64,000 nt of DNA from Acidimicrobiales bacterium (GCA_038212405.1 JBBQUN010000001.1:830-64829); one strand, 5' to 3'; shown: positions 39,098 through 47,706, numbered from the stretch's first letter. Numbers and translations are program-made. The notes: generated by a model not told the origin, from the sequence alone.

Positions 39098-39717
39098 GTG
39101 ACGACAGCACCACCGCCGGCAGCATTGCCTCCGAACGTTCCGGTGTCGACGGTTCTGGTGCTGAGAGTTCTGGGGTCGACCATGATCGGTCGTCGGGCGG
39201 GTCTTCGGGCAACTCGGCGCGCATCATCTCGAGCGTCGTCGGCTTGGTCGTTGTTGGCTTGATCGCCCTCCTTGCGCTTGGCGGTCCCGGTACCGACGTG
39301 GCCACGAGCCGGCTGGTCGACAAGCGGGTGCCAGCCCTCCAGGGCGAAACCCTCGACGGCGGCACCTACGACATCGACGCCGCCCGCGGCCGTTGGGTGC
39401 TGGTGAACTTCTTCGCCACCTGGTGCCCGGGTTGTATCGACGAGCACCCCGATCTCGTCGAACTCGAGCAATATGGCAAAGACACCGGTGCCATCGAAGT
39501 CGTGTCGATCGTGTTCGACGATGACCCCGACAAGGTCGCCGACCTCTTCGCCGAATTGGGTGGTACGTGGCCGGTGCTGAACGACAGCGGTCAGCTTGCG
39601 GTCACCTTCCAGATCGCCCAGGTGCCAGAGAGCTTCTTGGTCGATCCGAGCGGCGTGGTGGTCGCCCATGCAACGGGGGGCATCACCGCCGACGAGATCA
39701 TCGCGGCGATCGGATGA
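39094..39717 (+). CDS. ccmG: thiol:disulfide oxidoreductase CcmG/DsbE (TlpA-like)
   Basis: TM anchor and VLVNFFATWCPGC thioredoxin motif. ATGA overlap with ccmF. Confidence 0.85.
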   Translation: MSDDSTTAGSIASERSGVDGSGAESSGVDHDRSSGGSSGNSARIISSVVGLVVVGLIALLALGGPGTDVATSRLVDKRVPALQGETLDGGTYDIDAARGRWVLVNFFATWCPGCIDEHPDLVELEQYGKDTGAIEVVSIVFDDDPDKVADLFAELGGTWPVLNDSGQLAVTFQIAQVPESFLVDPSGVVVAHATGGITADEIIAAIG

Positions 39718-40250
39718 GCGCCGCTCGACGAGTGTTGTGGCTGGCCCTGTTGGTGATCGGTGTTGCCGCGCTCAGCATCTCGGCGCTCGATGCCGCTCCC
39801 GAAACCCCTGGCGAGCGAATCCAACGCCTCGCCGACTCCTACGCCTGCCCGACCTGCAAGGGGCAAACCGTCGCCGACTCGAATGCGTCGGCGGCCACCG
39901 TGGTGCGCGACTTCATCCGCGTGAGCGTCGACGAAGGTCGCACTGACGACGAGATCCGAGACCTCCTCGTGCAGTCCTACGGTGGGCGTGTTCTGCTGAC
40001 CCCCCGGTCCGATGGCGTCTCCGCCCTGATCTGGGTTCTGCCTGCCGTGGTTGCCATTGGGGGAACCGCCGTTGTGGTTGCCTCGCTGCGCCGCTCGCCA
40101 CCGGAGCAGCGCGTCGCCACCGACGCTGACCGCGAACTCGTTGCTGCTGCGCAGGGCTTGGGTGCACAGGGTGTGGGTGCACAGCGCTCAGGCAAGCAGG
40201 GCCCAGTCGCTGATGAGAACGACGTTCACGGCGAAGGTGACGGTCGTTAG
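39714..40250 (+). CDS. ccmH: cytochrome c-type biogenesis protein CcmH
   Basis: ATG 39714 overlaps the ccmG stop. Signal-like N-terminus, YACPTCKGQTVADSNASAA (CxxC CcmH signature) and a C-terminal TM. Confidence 0.85.
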   Translation: MSAARRVLWLALLVIGVAALSISALDAAPETPGERIQRLADSYACPTCKGQTVADSNASAATVVRDFIRVSVDEGRTDDEIRDLLVQSYGGRVLLTPRSDGVSALIWVLPAVVAIGGTAVVVASLRRSPPEQRVATDADRELVAAAQGLGAQGVGAQRSGKQGPVADENDVHGEGDGR

Positions 40251-40252
40251 AC

Positions 40253-41014
40253 GTGGCCCGGATGCACGACCTCAGCCCGGATCGGCTTGCTGCACTCGAG
40301 GAGGAACGCGACTTTCTGTTGCGCTCGCTCGATGATCTCGAATCCGAACACCGTGCCGGCGACCTCGACGATGCTGACTACGCCTCGCTACGTGACGACT
40401 ACACGGTGCGCGCTGCCGGGGTGATCCGCTCGATCGATGACCACCAGAGCGAACTCACCGCACGACAGGCCGAGAACGCCTCGCCAACGAGGCGTTGGGC
40501 GTGGATCATCGGTACCGCCGCCGGGGCAGTGTTGGCCGGGATCCTGCTCGCCCAGACGGCAGGGGAGCGCGGGGTTGGCGACTCGCTCACTGGCGCACTG
40601 CCCGAATCGATTCGCGATCAGGTGCTCGCGTGCCAGCAGCTCGGCACCCAGGGAGCAGAGGGGTTGCAGGAATCGCTGACGTGTTTCGACGCTGTGCTCG
40701 ACCAAGATCAGAACAACGTCGAGGCCCTCACCTATCGAGCGTGGTACCTCAGCCTCGTTGCGGCATCGGCGACCGATCAGGGCTTCGATGACTCAGCCAA
40801 CGAGCTGTTCACCGCGGCGGCTGCGCAACTCGATCGCGCCATCGAGGTCGACCCGACCTTCCCTGATGCTCACGCCTTTCGCGCCGTGGTTGCCGATCGC
40901 ATGGGTGACGCTGATCGGGCCTGCGTGGAGCTGGCGGCGCTCGGCGATCTCAACGCCCCACCGATGATGGACCAGCTGACTGCTGCACTCGACGAGCGGC
41001 TCGACTGCGGCTGA
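40253..41014 (+). CDS. CcmI-like accessory protein (coiled N-terminus, one TM, TPR-like C-terminal domain)
   Basis: Starts 3 nt after the ccmH stop. WAWIIGTAAGAVLAGILLA is a TM helix. C-terminal helical repeats (ALTYRAWYL..., DAHAFRAVV...). The call rests on position and architecture only. Confidence 0.45.
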   Translation: MARMHDLSPDRLAALEEERDFLLRSLDDLESEHRAGDLDDADYASLRDDYTVRAAGVIRSIDDHQSELTARQAENASPTRRWAWIIGTAAGAVLAGILLAQTAGERGVGDSLTGALPESIRDQVLACQQLGTQGAEGLQESLTCFDAVLDQDQNNVEALTYRAWYLSLVAASATDQGFDDSANELFTAAAAQLDRAIEVDPTFPDAHAFRAVVADRMGDADRACVELAALGDLNAPPMMDQLTAALDERLDCG

Positions 41015-41106
41015 CGAGCGCCCAGGGGCCCATCAGCACTCGAGTTGCCACCCCCATTCCGAGGTGCGTCGGGCTGCGAACCGGCCTCGATCCTTCTGCC
41101 AGTGCG

Positions 41107-41574
41107 CTAACCGATCGATTCGGCGTGCTTGTTGACCTTGCGAGCCGAGGCCCAGCGCTTGCCATCGTGGGTGAGCACCCAGATGGAACCTTTTTCACAT
41201 CCATGCCCGTGCAGTTCGGTGCCGTTCGCCCCGAGCCAATCGATGAGCTCGGGAATGATGTCGCCATGAGAGCAAGCAACCAGACCCTCGCTGGCGTGCG
41301 TTGCGAGGATCTCGAGTGCAGCGTTGATGGGCGCGCCTTCCCATAGCTCGTCAGTCTCGATGACCTCGTGCCCTTTCGAAGCGGCCAGGGGCTCGACGGT
41401 CTGCACACACCGGGTTGCGGTACTGGAGATGATCTTGCCGACCTCGACGGCCGAGAACAGCTCGGCGATGGCAGCGGCCCGAGCCAAGCCCTTCTCACTC
41501 AGCTGGCGGTACTTGTCATGATGTCCGCTCTGGCGAGATCCGGCGTGGGCGTGGCGAATGAGATAGACGTCCAT
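41107..41574 (-). CDS. SixA-type histidine phosphatase family protein
   Basis: VYLIRHAHAG (RHG motif), SEKG, and a later CSHGD His. 155 aa. Confidence 0.8.
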   Translation of the reverse strand: MDVYLIRHAHAGSRQSGHHDKYRQLSEKGLARAAAIAELFSAVEVGKIISSTATRCVQTVEPLAASKGHEVIETDELWEGAPINAALEILATHASEGLVACSHGDIIPELIDWLGANGTELHGHGCEKGSIWVLTHDGKRWASARKVNKHAESIG

Positions 41575-41587
41575 GGCACCGAGCAGG

Positions 41588-43360
41588 CTAGCGTTTGGCC
41601 GGACCGTCGGGGTCCAGGTCGAGGACGGTCACTCGTCCGGTCGAGCCGTCGACCTCGATGAGTGCTCCGTCGGGGATGCGTAGCGTGGCTCCGGTGACCG
41701 AAACGGCGCAGGGGATGCCGAGTTCTCGGCTGACGATGACGGCGTGGCTCATGACGGCACCAACATCGACCACGACAGCCTCGGCGGGAATGAACAACGG
41801 CGTCCATGAGGGATCGGTGATGGGGGCAATCAGCACGTCGCCGGGCTCGAGCCCGTTTGGGTCGCCGGGATCGGTGACCACCCGGGCACGACCCCGGGCG
41901 ATCCCGGGGCAGCCGGGCAGCCCAACGATCGATTCGCCAACGCTGATGGTGCCCCGGAGGTCGGCCTTGCGTTCCCAGGTCTCGAGGGGCGGGAGCTCGC
42001 CGCTCCACGCAAATGGTGGAACCCGGGCAGCGAGCTCGGCGTGCATGCGGCGCCGTTCGGCGATCACATCGGCTGATCCTGCCGGATCGCCGACATAGGC
42101 GTCGAGCTCGTCGATGGTCAGGAACCACAGATCGCCCGCTGTTCCGCCGGATCGTTCGATCAAGCGACGGTCGAGTTCCTTGGCTCGCAACCGGGAGCCG
42201 TGGATCGCGAGCACCACGGTGGTCTTCGATCGTTCGCGGCCTCGGCTCCAGACCCGAGCGGCGCCAAGTACTCGGTCGAAGATCGGGCGGAGCGGTCGAG
42301 CGATTTTGGCACGGGCCTCGATCTCGAGTTGCGCCGACTCGCCGGCAAGACGACCGAGCTGCGTGTGGGGATCATGACTTTCCTCGGCGGCCCGCATCCG
42401 GTCGACCAGAACGAGGGCCAGGGCGGGCCGGGTTTCCCAGGTATCGAACGCCGTGTCCCACTCGTTTGGTCCACGCGACCCGAAGTCGGCGATGAAGGTT
42501 CGGAAAGCATCGGCGAAGTCAGCAGCGCTCGGGTCGTTCTGGATCGAGGGCCACAGCTCAGCATCGATTCCTGCGTCGAAGCGGGCCGTCAATTCGGGAT
42601 TTGCGTTGACGATGCGGCTGAGGTCCCAGAGTGCAAGCGAGGGTGCTGCGGAGTCGACGTCACCGAGACCGGCCAACAAGCGAACGGCGAGGTTCGGGTC
42701 ATCCAGCTGCTTCTCGCAGATCTGGGTCAGCAGGCTGACCGCCGTCGACGCTCCCGCAGTGACTTCGAGGTGATGTTGGAAGAGCGACTCGAACAGCGTC
42801 ATGAGTTCGTCGGTGGCGGCATTGGCCAATTCGGCGTCAGTTGCCTCGGCTGGATCATCGAGCGAGCCCAGGTAGTTGGCCACCTTGGCTTGATCCTGCG
42901 CCAACAGCGCAATCTCGCGGGTACGGATCACTTTCAAGACGTAGCGGAGGCCCCTGAGGCCGGCGCGAATGTTCTTCTCGCCCTCGATCGGAACGTGGGG
43001 TGGCACGGTTTGCCCAACGCCGAAAATGGTGACGTCGGCATCGCTTGCCTTGCCACCGGGAACCCGTGCGGCCAGAAGTCGCTGCATCGACACATTCAGA
43101 TAGGCGTAGCCACCGAAGACGCCGTTGGCGATGCCGGTGCTCAGAGGCTTACCCTCGAACTCGCTCTCGGCGATGAGGCCGGTCGCCAGAACAGCGTTGC
43201 GCATGGCCTTCTCGCCGATCTCGGATGCAATCGAGAAGCTCAGCGGGGTGAACACCTCGGGGTAGACCTCGCCGGCATTTCCCCTGGTGTACACCGGGAA
43301 CTTCTCGCTGACATCGCTGCCAACCCAGTCGCCGTCACCGATTCTCTTCCACAAACCCAT
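41588..43360 (-). CDS. PEP-utilising (swivelling phospho-His) domain protein, rifampicin-phosphotransferase-like but without recognisable ATP-grasp
   Basis: The C-terminus is a PEP-utiliser mobile domain: GIARGRARVV...GDVLIAPITDPSWTPLF...GAVMSHAVIVSRELGIPCAV. I see no PPDK_N/ATP-grasp motifs in the N-terminal ~450 aa. Confidence 0.8.
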   Translation of the reverse strand: MGLWKRIGDGDWVGSDVSEKFPVYTRGNAGEVYPEVFTPLSFSIASEIGEKAMRNAVLATGLIAESEFEGKPLSTGIANGVFGGYAYLNVSMQRLLAARVPGGKASDADVTIFGVGQTVPPHVPIEGEKNIRAGLRGLRYVLKVIRTREIALLAQDQAKVANYLGSLDDPAEATDAELANAATDELMTLFESLFQHHLEVTAGASTAVSLLTQICEKQLDDPNLAVRLLAGLGDVDSAAPSLALWDLSRIVNANPELTARFDAGIDAELWPSIQNDPSAADFADAFRTFIADFGSRGPNEWDTAFDTWETRPALALVLVDRMRAAEESHDPHTQLGRLAGESAQLEIEARAKIARPLRPIFDRVLGAARVWSRGRERSKTTVVLAIHGSRLRAKELDRRLIERSGGTAGDLWFLTIDELDAYVGDPAGSADVIAERRRMHAELAARVPPFAWSGELPPLETWERKADLRGTISVGESIVGLPGCPGIARGRARVVTDPGDPNGLEPGDVLIAPITDPSWTPLFIPAEAVVVDVGAVMSHAVIVSRELGIPCAVSVTGATLRIPDGALIEVDGSTGRVTVLDLDPDGPAKR

Positions 43361-43432
43361 CGGCGGGGTCTAGCACGACGCCTCCGGGTTTGCGTCATGG
43401 GCCAGTCACGCTTGCGTGATGGCGAGCATCAT

Positions 43433-44638
43433 TCAGTAGTCGTCGAGGCCTGGTAGCTGATCGTTGAACCAGATCTTGCGGCGAAACCGAGGGTTCTTCG
43501 ACGACATGTCGATCTGATAGAGCGACTCGAATGGCGGCCGCGGAAGGTCGAGGATTGCACACAGATTGTGAGCCAGCCATTGCTCGATCTTGAGGACGAC
43601 CATCTTCTTGCGCAAGCGACCCTGCACGTCGCGGTTCAGCACCGTTGGCAGCGTGTTCAGGGTGAGGATCTCGTCGATCGCCGGGTGGGCCATCTTCTCG
43701 CGCCCCTCGCCGCTGGCGTAGAAGTGCGTAACGCCGAACACGATGCGATTGGGGGAAGCCTTCTTGAGGAACTCGCACGATTCGACCACGGTCGAACCGG
43801 TGCGAACCATGTCATCGAACAAGACCACATCGCAGCCCCGGATCTCATCGACGGTGGTATCGGAACCAGGGTCGAGCGTGATCTCGACACTGCGTTCGCC
43901 CGAGCGTTCCTTCGACAGGGTGATGAGCTTTGCCTCGGGCAGACCCAGAGTGTCGAGCATGCCCCGCACGAAATCTCGAGCGCCTTTGTCGGGTGCGCAC
44001 AGCACCAGCCCCTCGCCGTTGGTGCCGTACTGCACCACGTTCGACTTGACGAGGTAGTCGGCGTAGATCTCGTAGGGAATGAGGTTGTGGAAGCGGCCCT
44101 CGAACACCTCAACGAACTCGGCCTGGACCGACACCGAGTGGTTGTGGACGGTCATCACTCGGTCGACGCCCGCAAGATGCAGCATCTGAGCGTAGAGCCG
44201 CGACGAGAACGGCTGGCCATCGAACTTCTTGCGATCGGCTTCGTCACGCTCGAAGGACGTGCGGCCCTGATCGGCCCGGGGACCACGATCTTGTGCGCTG
44301 TAATAGAGGTCGGGCTCGACGAGCACCACGTTTGCTGCGCCGTTGTCTTTGGCGGCACGGGCAAGCAGGAGGTTTCGCATGGCGAGGTTGTTCCTCGTCA
44401 TCGTGAGGCTCGACGTGCTGACGATGACCACCGTCTTGCCGTTCAAGTGCTCGCCGACGGCAGACAGATCGTTCTCGTCGCTGATGAACCGAGGGCAGAA
44501 CTCCGAATTCGAGAACGTCTTCATGCTGATGAGGTCGGCGATGTCTTCCATCTGCCCAACGGCGTAGGCCACGTCGATGGCGAACGGGTCGTCGGAGAAA
44601 TTGCCGACAACGATCACGTCGCTCGTTCCGACCTTCAT
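43433..44638 (-). CDS. atypical ribose-phosphate pyrophosphokinase-like protein (insertion in flexible loop, ~60-aa C-terminal extension)
   Basis: YYSAQDR (YxRQDR-like), MTVHNHS (DLHA-like) and VLFDDMVRTGSTV (ribose-5-P/PRPP loop). ATG 44638 is preferred over 44728. Hand counts show it is AT-richer than its neighbours. Confidence 0.75.
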   Translation of the reverse strand: MKVGTSDVIVVGNFSDDPFAIDVAYAVGQMEDIADLISMKTFSNSEFCPRFISDENDLSAVGEHLNGKTVVIVSTSSLTMTRNNLAMRNLLLARAAKDNGAANVVLVEPDLYYSAQDRGPRADQGRTSFERDEADRKKFDGQPFSSRLYAQMLHLAGVDRVMTVHNHSVSVQAEFVEVFEGRFHNLIPYEIYADYLVKSNVVQYGTNGEGLVLCAPDKGARDFVRGMLDTLGLPEAKLITLSKERSGERSVEITLDPGSDTTVDEIRGCDVVLFDDMVRTGSTVVESCEFLKKASPNRIVFGVTHFYASGEGREKMAHPAIDEILTLNTLPTVLNRDVQGRLRKKMVVLKIEQWLAHNLCAILDLPRPPFESLYQIDMSSKNPRFRRKIWFNDQLPGLDDY

Positions 44639-44735
44639 GCCCTGCGTCTCGGCTTCACGTGTCCCCGCTTCATCGCTGCTGCGTGCTCGCCCCTGAACGT
44701 TGTAGCCGATACCGCTTGGAATCGGCACGCCTTGG

Positions 44736-45506
44736 TCAAATCGCGGTCCAACCGCCGTCGACGAAGAGCACCTGACCAGTGACGTAGGCGGACGCGTCCG
44801 AGGCGAAAAAGAGCATTGCGCCCTGCAATTCGTCGATCGTGCCGGGGCGTCCCATGGGCGTGTTGTCGGTGATGTAGCGCATGCCGCCGTCGGTCGCGAA
44901 CATCTCGCCGTTCATCTCGGTCTCGAACCAGCCGGGGCCAATGGCGTTGCAGCGGACGCCCCTGCGGGCCCACTGTGAGGCCAGCTCGCGGGTCAGATTG
45001 TGGAGCCCGCCCTTGGCTGCCGCGTAGCCCGGCACCTTGAGGCGCCCGCCCCCGCCGTTGCCGAGCACCGAGCCGATGTTGATGATCGAGCCGGGGCGCT
45101 GCTCGCTCATCATCCAGCGAGCCGCGGTTCGAGCCAGCTCGTAGGGGGCGACGAGATCGATCTCGATCTCGTGCCGAAAGTCGTCGATGTCGTCGTCGAT
45201 TGCGGCGATGACTCGCGAGATGCCGGCGTTGTTGATGACGATGTCGACCGATCCGTAGGTATCGACCGCAGCATCGACGAGTTCCCGCGCTGCCTCCGGT
45301 GCGGTCACGTCGCACGTGATGGCGGTGGTGTTCGCCACTTCGGCGGTGAGTTGCGCCAAACGGTCGCCGCGGCGGGCGGCGACGATCACGCTGGCGCCGG
45401 CGGCCGAGAGGGTGCGGGCGAATCCCTCGCCGAGGCCCGAGCTCGCACCAGTCAGGACCGCCACTTTGCCGTCGAGTCGGAACATGTCGGCGATGGGATC
45501 ACTCAT
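44736..45506 (-). CDS. SDR family oxidoreductase
   Basis: LTGASSGLGEG (TGxxxGxG), NNAG and YAAAKGG (YxxxK). Confidence 0.9.
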   Translation of the reverse strand: MSDPIADMFRLDGKVAVLTGASSGLGEGFARTLSAAGASVIVAARRGDRLAQLTAEVANTTAITCDVTAPEAARELVDAAVDTYGSVDIVINNAGISRVIAAIDDDIDDFRHEIEIDLVAPYELARTAARWMMSEQRPGSIINIGSVLGNGGGGRLKVPGYAAAKGGLHNLTRELASQWARRGVRCNAIGPGWFETEMNGEMFATDGGMRYITDNTPMGRPGTIDELQGAMLFFASDASAYVTGQVLFVDGGWTAI

Positions 45507-45531
45507 GCGGACATCGTGTCACCATGAGGCG

Positions 45532-45924
45532 ATGAACCGCGAACTGAGTCCCGCCGGCATGGCACCGCCTGCCGCCAACTACGCCCACGCTGTGTTGTCA
45601 GAGGTCGGCAGCGGCGGTGGTCGGATGCTGCATACCTCGGGCATCGTGCCCACTCGACCTGATGGTGCGGTTCCCGAAACGTTGGCCGGTCAGGCCGAGG
45701 CGGTGTGGGCCAGTCTGTCGTTGCTGTTGGCCGAGGCCGACATGGTGCCGAGCGACATCGTTTCGGTAACGACGTACGTCGTGGTCGGGGAAGACCTCGC
45801 AACGGTGATGGCTGCTCGTGATGCCGTACTCGGCAACCACCGTGCTGCATCGACACTCCTCACCGTGCCCGCTTTGGCGCAACCGGCCTGGCGGATGGAG
45901 ATTGCGATCGTCGCCATCGCTTGA
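45532..45924 (+). CDS. RidA/YjgF family protein
   Basis: ATG 45532. Pattern PPAANYAHAV...LHTSGIVP...VTTYVV...MEIAIVA is typical of RidA-like proteins. Confidence 0.8.
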   Translation: MNRELSPAGMAPPAANYAHAVLSEVGSGGGRMLHTSGIVPTRPDGAVPETLAGQAEAVWASLSLLLAEADMVPSDIVSVTTYVVVGEDLATVMAARDAVLGNHRAASTLLTVPALAQPAWRMEIAIVAIA

Positions 45925-46016
45925 TCGTTGTCGAGGGTGATGCGATGGCACGGTTGGTGAAATTTCGTTCGGCTTCGCATCCAAAGTCGCCCCGGTCATC
46001 GGAGAAAGGGAGAGCA

Positions 46017-46039
46017 AAGGCCCTTGCGACAAGGGCCTT
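46017..46039 (+). terminator. perfect 10-bp hairpin AAGGCCCTTG-cga-CAAGGGCCTT
   Basis: Read directly. Lies ~90 nt after the ridA-like stop and has no U-tract. Its 3' arm overlaps the first unit of the C-rich array. Confidence 0.35.
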
Positions 46040-46105
46040 CCCCACAGGCCGTCCCTGCACAGCGTTCCCAGACAGCCCTCCCCAACACAGCCTTCCCCAA
46101 ACAAG
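46036..46105 (+). repeat. five degenerate tandem units (12-15 nt) of consensus CCTTCCCCA-ACAG
   Basis: CCTTCCCCACAG / GCCGTCCCTGCACAG / CGTTCCCAGACAG / CCCTCCCCAACACAG / CCTTCCCCAAACAAG. The array runs directly into the GGAG Shine-Dalgarno (46105-08) of the 46118 CDS. Confidence 0.8.
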
Positions 46106-46117
46106 GAGAGATCCAAA

Positions 46118-46951
46118 ATGACCCTGCTTTCACGCGCCCTTGCGGCAACAGCGCTGGTGGCTGCCACCACGTTCGGCGTCAGCTCAGCGGCTGGTGCTCA
46201 AGACACCAGCGAGGTGTATGTGGTTCACGGTATTCCTGGCGTCGACGTCGATGTCTACGTGAACGATGCGCTGACCCTCGAGGGTTTCGCACCGAAAGAC
46301 ATTGCCGGCCCACTCGACCTTCCGGCTGGCAACTACGACATCAAGATCTTCGCTGCTGCCGATGGCCCAGCAGCAACCGCAGCCGAGCGCACTGATGACG
46401 CCGTCATCGATGTCGCTCCGGACGTCCCCGGCGGTGCCAACCTCAGCGTGATCGCTCATCTCGATGGCGAGGGTGCCCCCACACTTTCTGCCTTCGCCAA
46501 TGACGTCACCGAGACAGCTGCCGGCGAGGGTCGTGTAACGATTCGCCACACGGCGTTCGCCCCGGCCGTCGACATCGTGGCCGGTGGAGCGGCGGTTCCG
46601 CCGTTCACCAACTTGACCAACGGCAACGAGGCCAAGGCTGACCTGCCCGCTGGCGACTATCCGACGGGAATCGCAGCGACCGGCACCACCGAGGTACTGG
46701 TCGAGGCTCCGGTCACCGTCGCTGAGGGAACCAACCTCGTCGTGTACGCCATTGGTGACTTCGCTGGTGGAACCTTGGAGCTACTGACCCAGAGCTTCGA
46801 CGGACTGCACTCAGCCCCAGCCGCCGTGAACGCTGGCAACAGCGGCCTTCTCGCCGACCAGACCTCGACCTCGACCCTCCTCGTTGTCGGCCTTGGCGCA
46901 ATGGCGCTGCTGTCGGTGTCAGCAGTCGCTGTCAACCGCCGCCAGGTCTGA
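46118..46951 (+). CDS. DUF4397 domain protein with signal peptide and C-terminal hydrophobic/charged sorting-like tail
   Basis: Signal LLSRALAATALVAATTFGVSSAAGA. VYVVHGIPGVDVDVYVND is the DUF4397 pattern. C-terminal ...NAGNSGLLADQTSTSTLLVVGLGAMALLSVSAVAVNRRQV. Confidence 0.75.
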   Translation: MTLLSRALAATALVAATTFGVSSAAGAQDTSEVYVVHGIPGVDVDVYVNDALTLEGFAPKDIAGPLDLPAGNYDIKIFAAADGPAATAAERTDDAVIDVAPDVPGGANLSVIAHLDGEGAPTLSAFANDVTETAAGEGRVTIRHTAFAPAVDIVAGGAAVPPFTNLTNGNEAKADLPAGDYPTGIAATGTTEVLVEAPVTVAEGTNLVVYAIGDFAGGTLELLTQSFDGLHSAPAAVNAGNSGLLADQTSTSTLLVVGLGAMALLSVSAVAVNRRQV

Positions 46952-46968
46952 TCCCGAGAGCTGAACAC

Positions 46969-47706
46969 GTGAGCGCTTTCTCGAGCGCTGCCCTCGTTGG
47001 AGCTCGCAGCCGAATGTCGATCGTCGCTTGCGTTGCGATCGTCATGGTGGTTGCGAGCTCCTGCGCGTCGGTCGGCTCGTCAACCGAAGCTGCCAGCTCC
47101 TCAACCGGGGCGAACCTCGACCAACAGCGTTCGGTCGGGGCCCCGTTCGAGTTCGGTTCCGCAGCCGCAATGGTCGATGATGAGGTCCCAGAGGCGGATG
47201 TCGGGGTCGATCCAACGGTGCCGATCCGAACAGGTGACACGCTCGGCGATCTTGCCGAGTCAGTCAGTGTGGCATCACCGACCTCGGTTCTCATCGCTGG
47301 TCTCGACATCGATGCTCCGGTTTCGCCGGTCGGCATCGATGCCGACGGTGCGTTCGATCTGCCCCCGGGCAACGAAGCTGGTTGGTACCGGTTCGGTCCG
47401 GTGCCGGGCAGCGAGGGCTCGGCAGTGCTGGCGGCCCACGTCGATTGGAACGGTGTGCCCGGTGCCTTCTTCAACTTGCGCGAAGCGACGTCTGGTGACC
47501 GGCTCACCGTGGTGTACGAGGACGGGTCACGCCTCGACTTCGAGATCATCCGGGTCGACCAGTATGAAAAGACCGAATTGCCGCTCGCTGACCTCTTCAC
47601 TCGTGAGGGGCCACCGCAGCTGGCCCTCATCACCTGCGGCGGCGACTTCGACCGGGCTACTCGTAGCTATGAAGACAACGTGGTCGTGATCGCCATTCCG
47701 GTCTGA
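46969..47706 (+). CDS. class F-like sortase
   Basis: N-terminal anchor, AVLAAHVDW (His), LALITCGG (Cys) and RSYEDNVVV (Arg). 17 nt downstream of the DUF4397 gene. Confidence 0.8.
   Translation: MSAFSSAALVGARSRMSIVACVAIVMVVASSCASVGSSTEAASSSTGANLDQQRSVGAPFEFGSAAAMVDDEVPEADVGVDPTVPIRTGDTLGDLAESVSVASPTSVLIAGLDIDAPVSPVGIDADGAFDLPPGNEAGWYRFGPVPGSEGSAVLAAHVDWNGVPGAFFNLREATSGDRLTVVYEDGSRLDFEIIRVDQYEKTELPLADLFTREGPPQLALITCGGDFDRATRSYEDNVVVIAIPV

Noticed and set aside
43433-44638. The AT-richer Prs-like gene as evidence of a genomic island or prophage
   Set aside because: There is no integrase, tRNA, flanking direct repeats or phage genes. The compositional dip is confined to about one gene, so it is kept only as a note within the trio finding.
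45921-46121. 66-aa ORF (MIVVEGDAMARLVKFRSASHPKS...) in the ridA / DUF4397 intergenic region
   Set aside because: It reads through the hairpin and the C-rich repeat array. The Pro/Ser/Arg-rich translation is a by-product of the repeats, and there is no ribosome-binding site.
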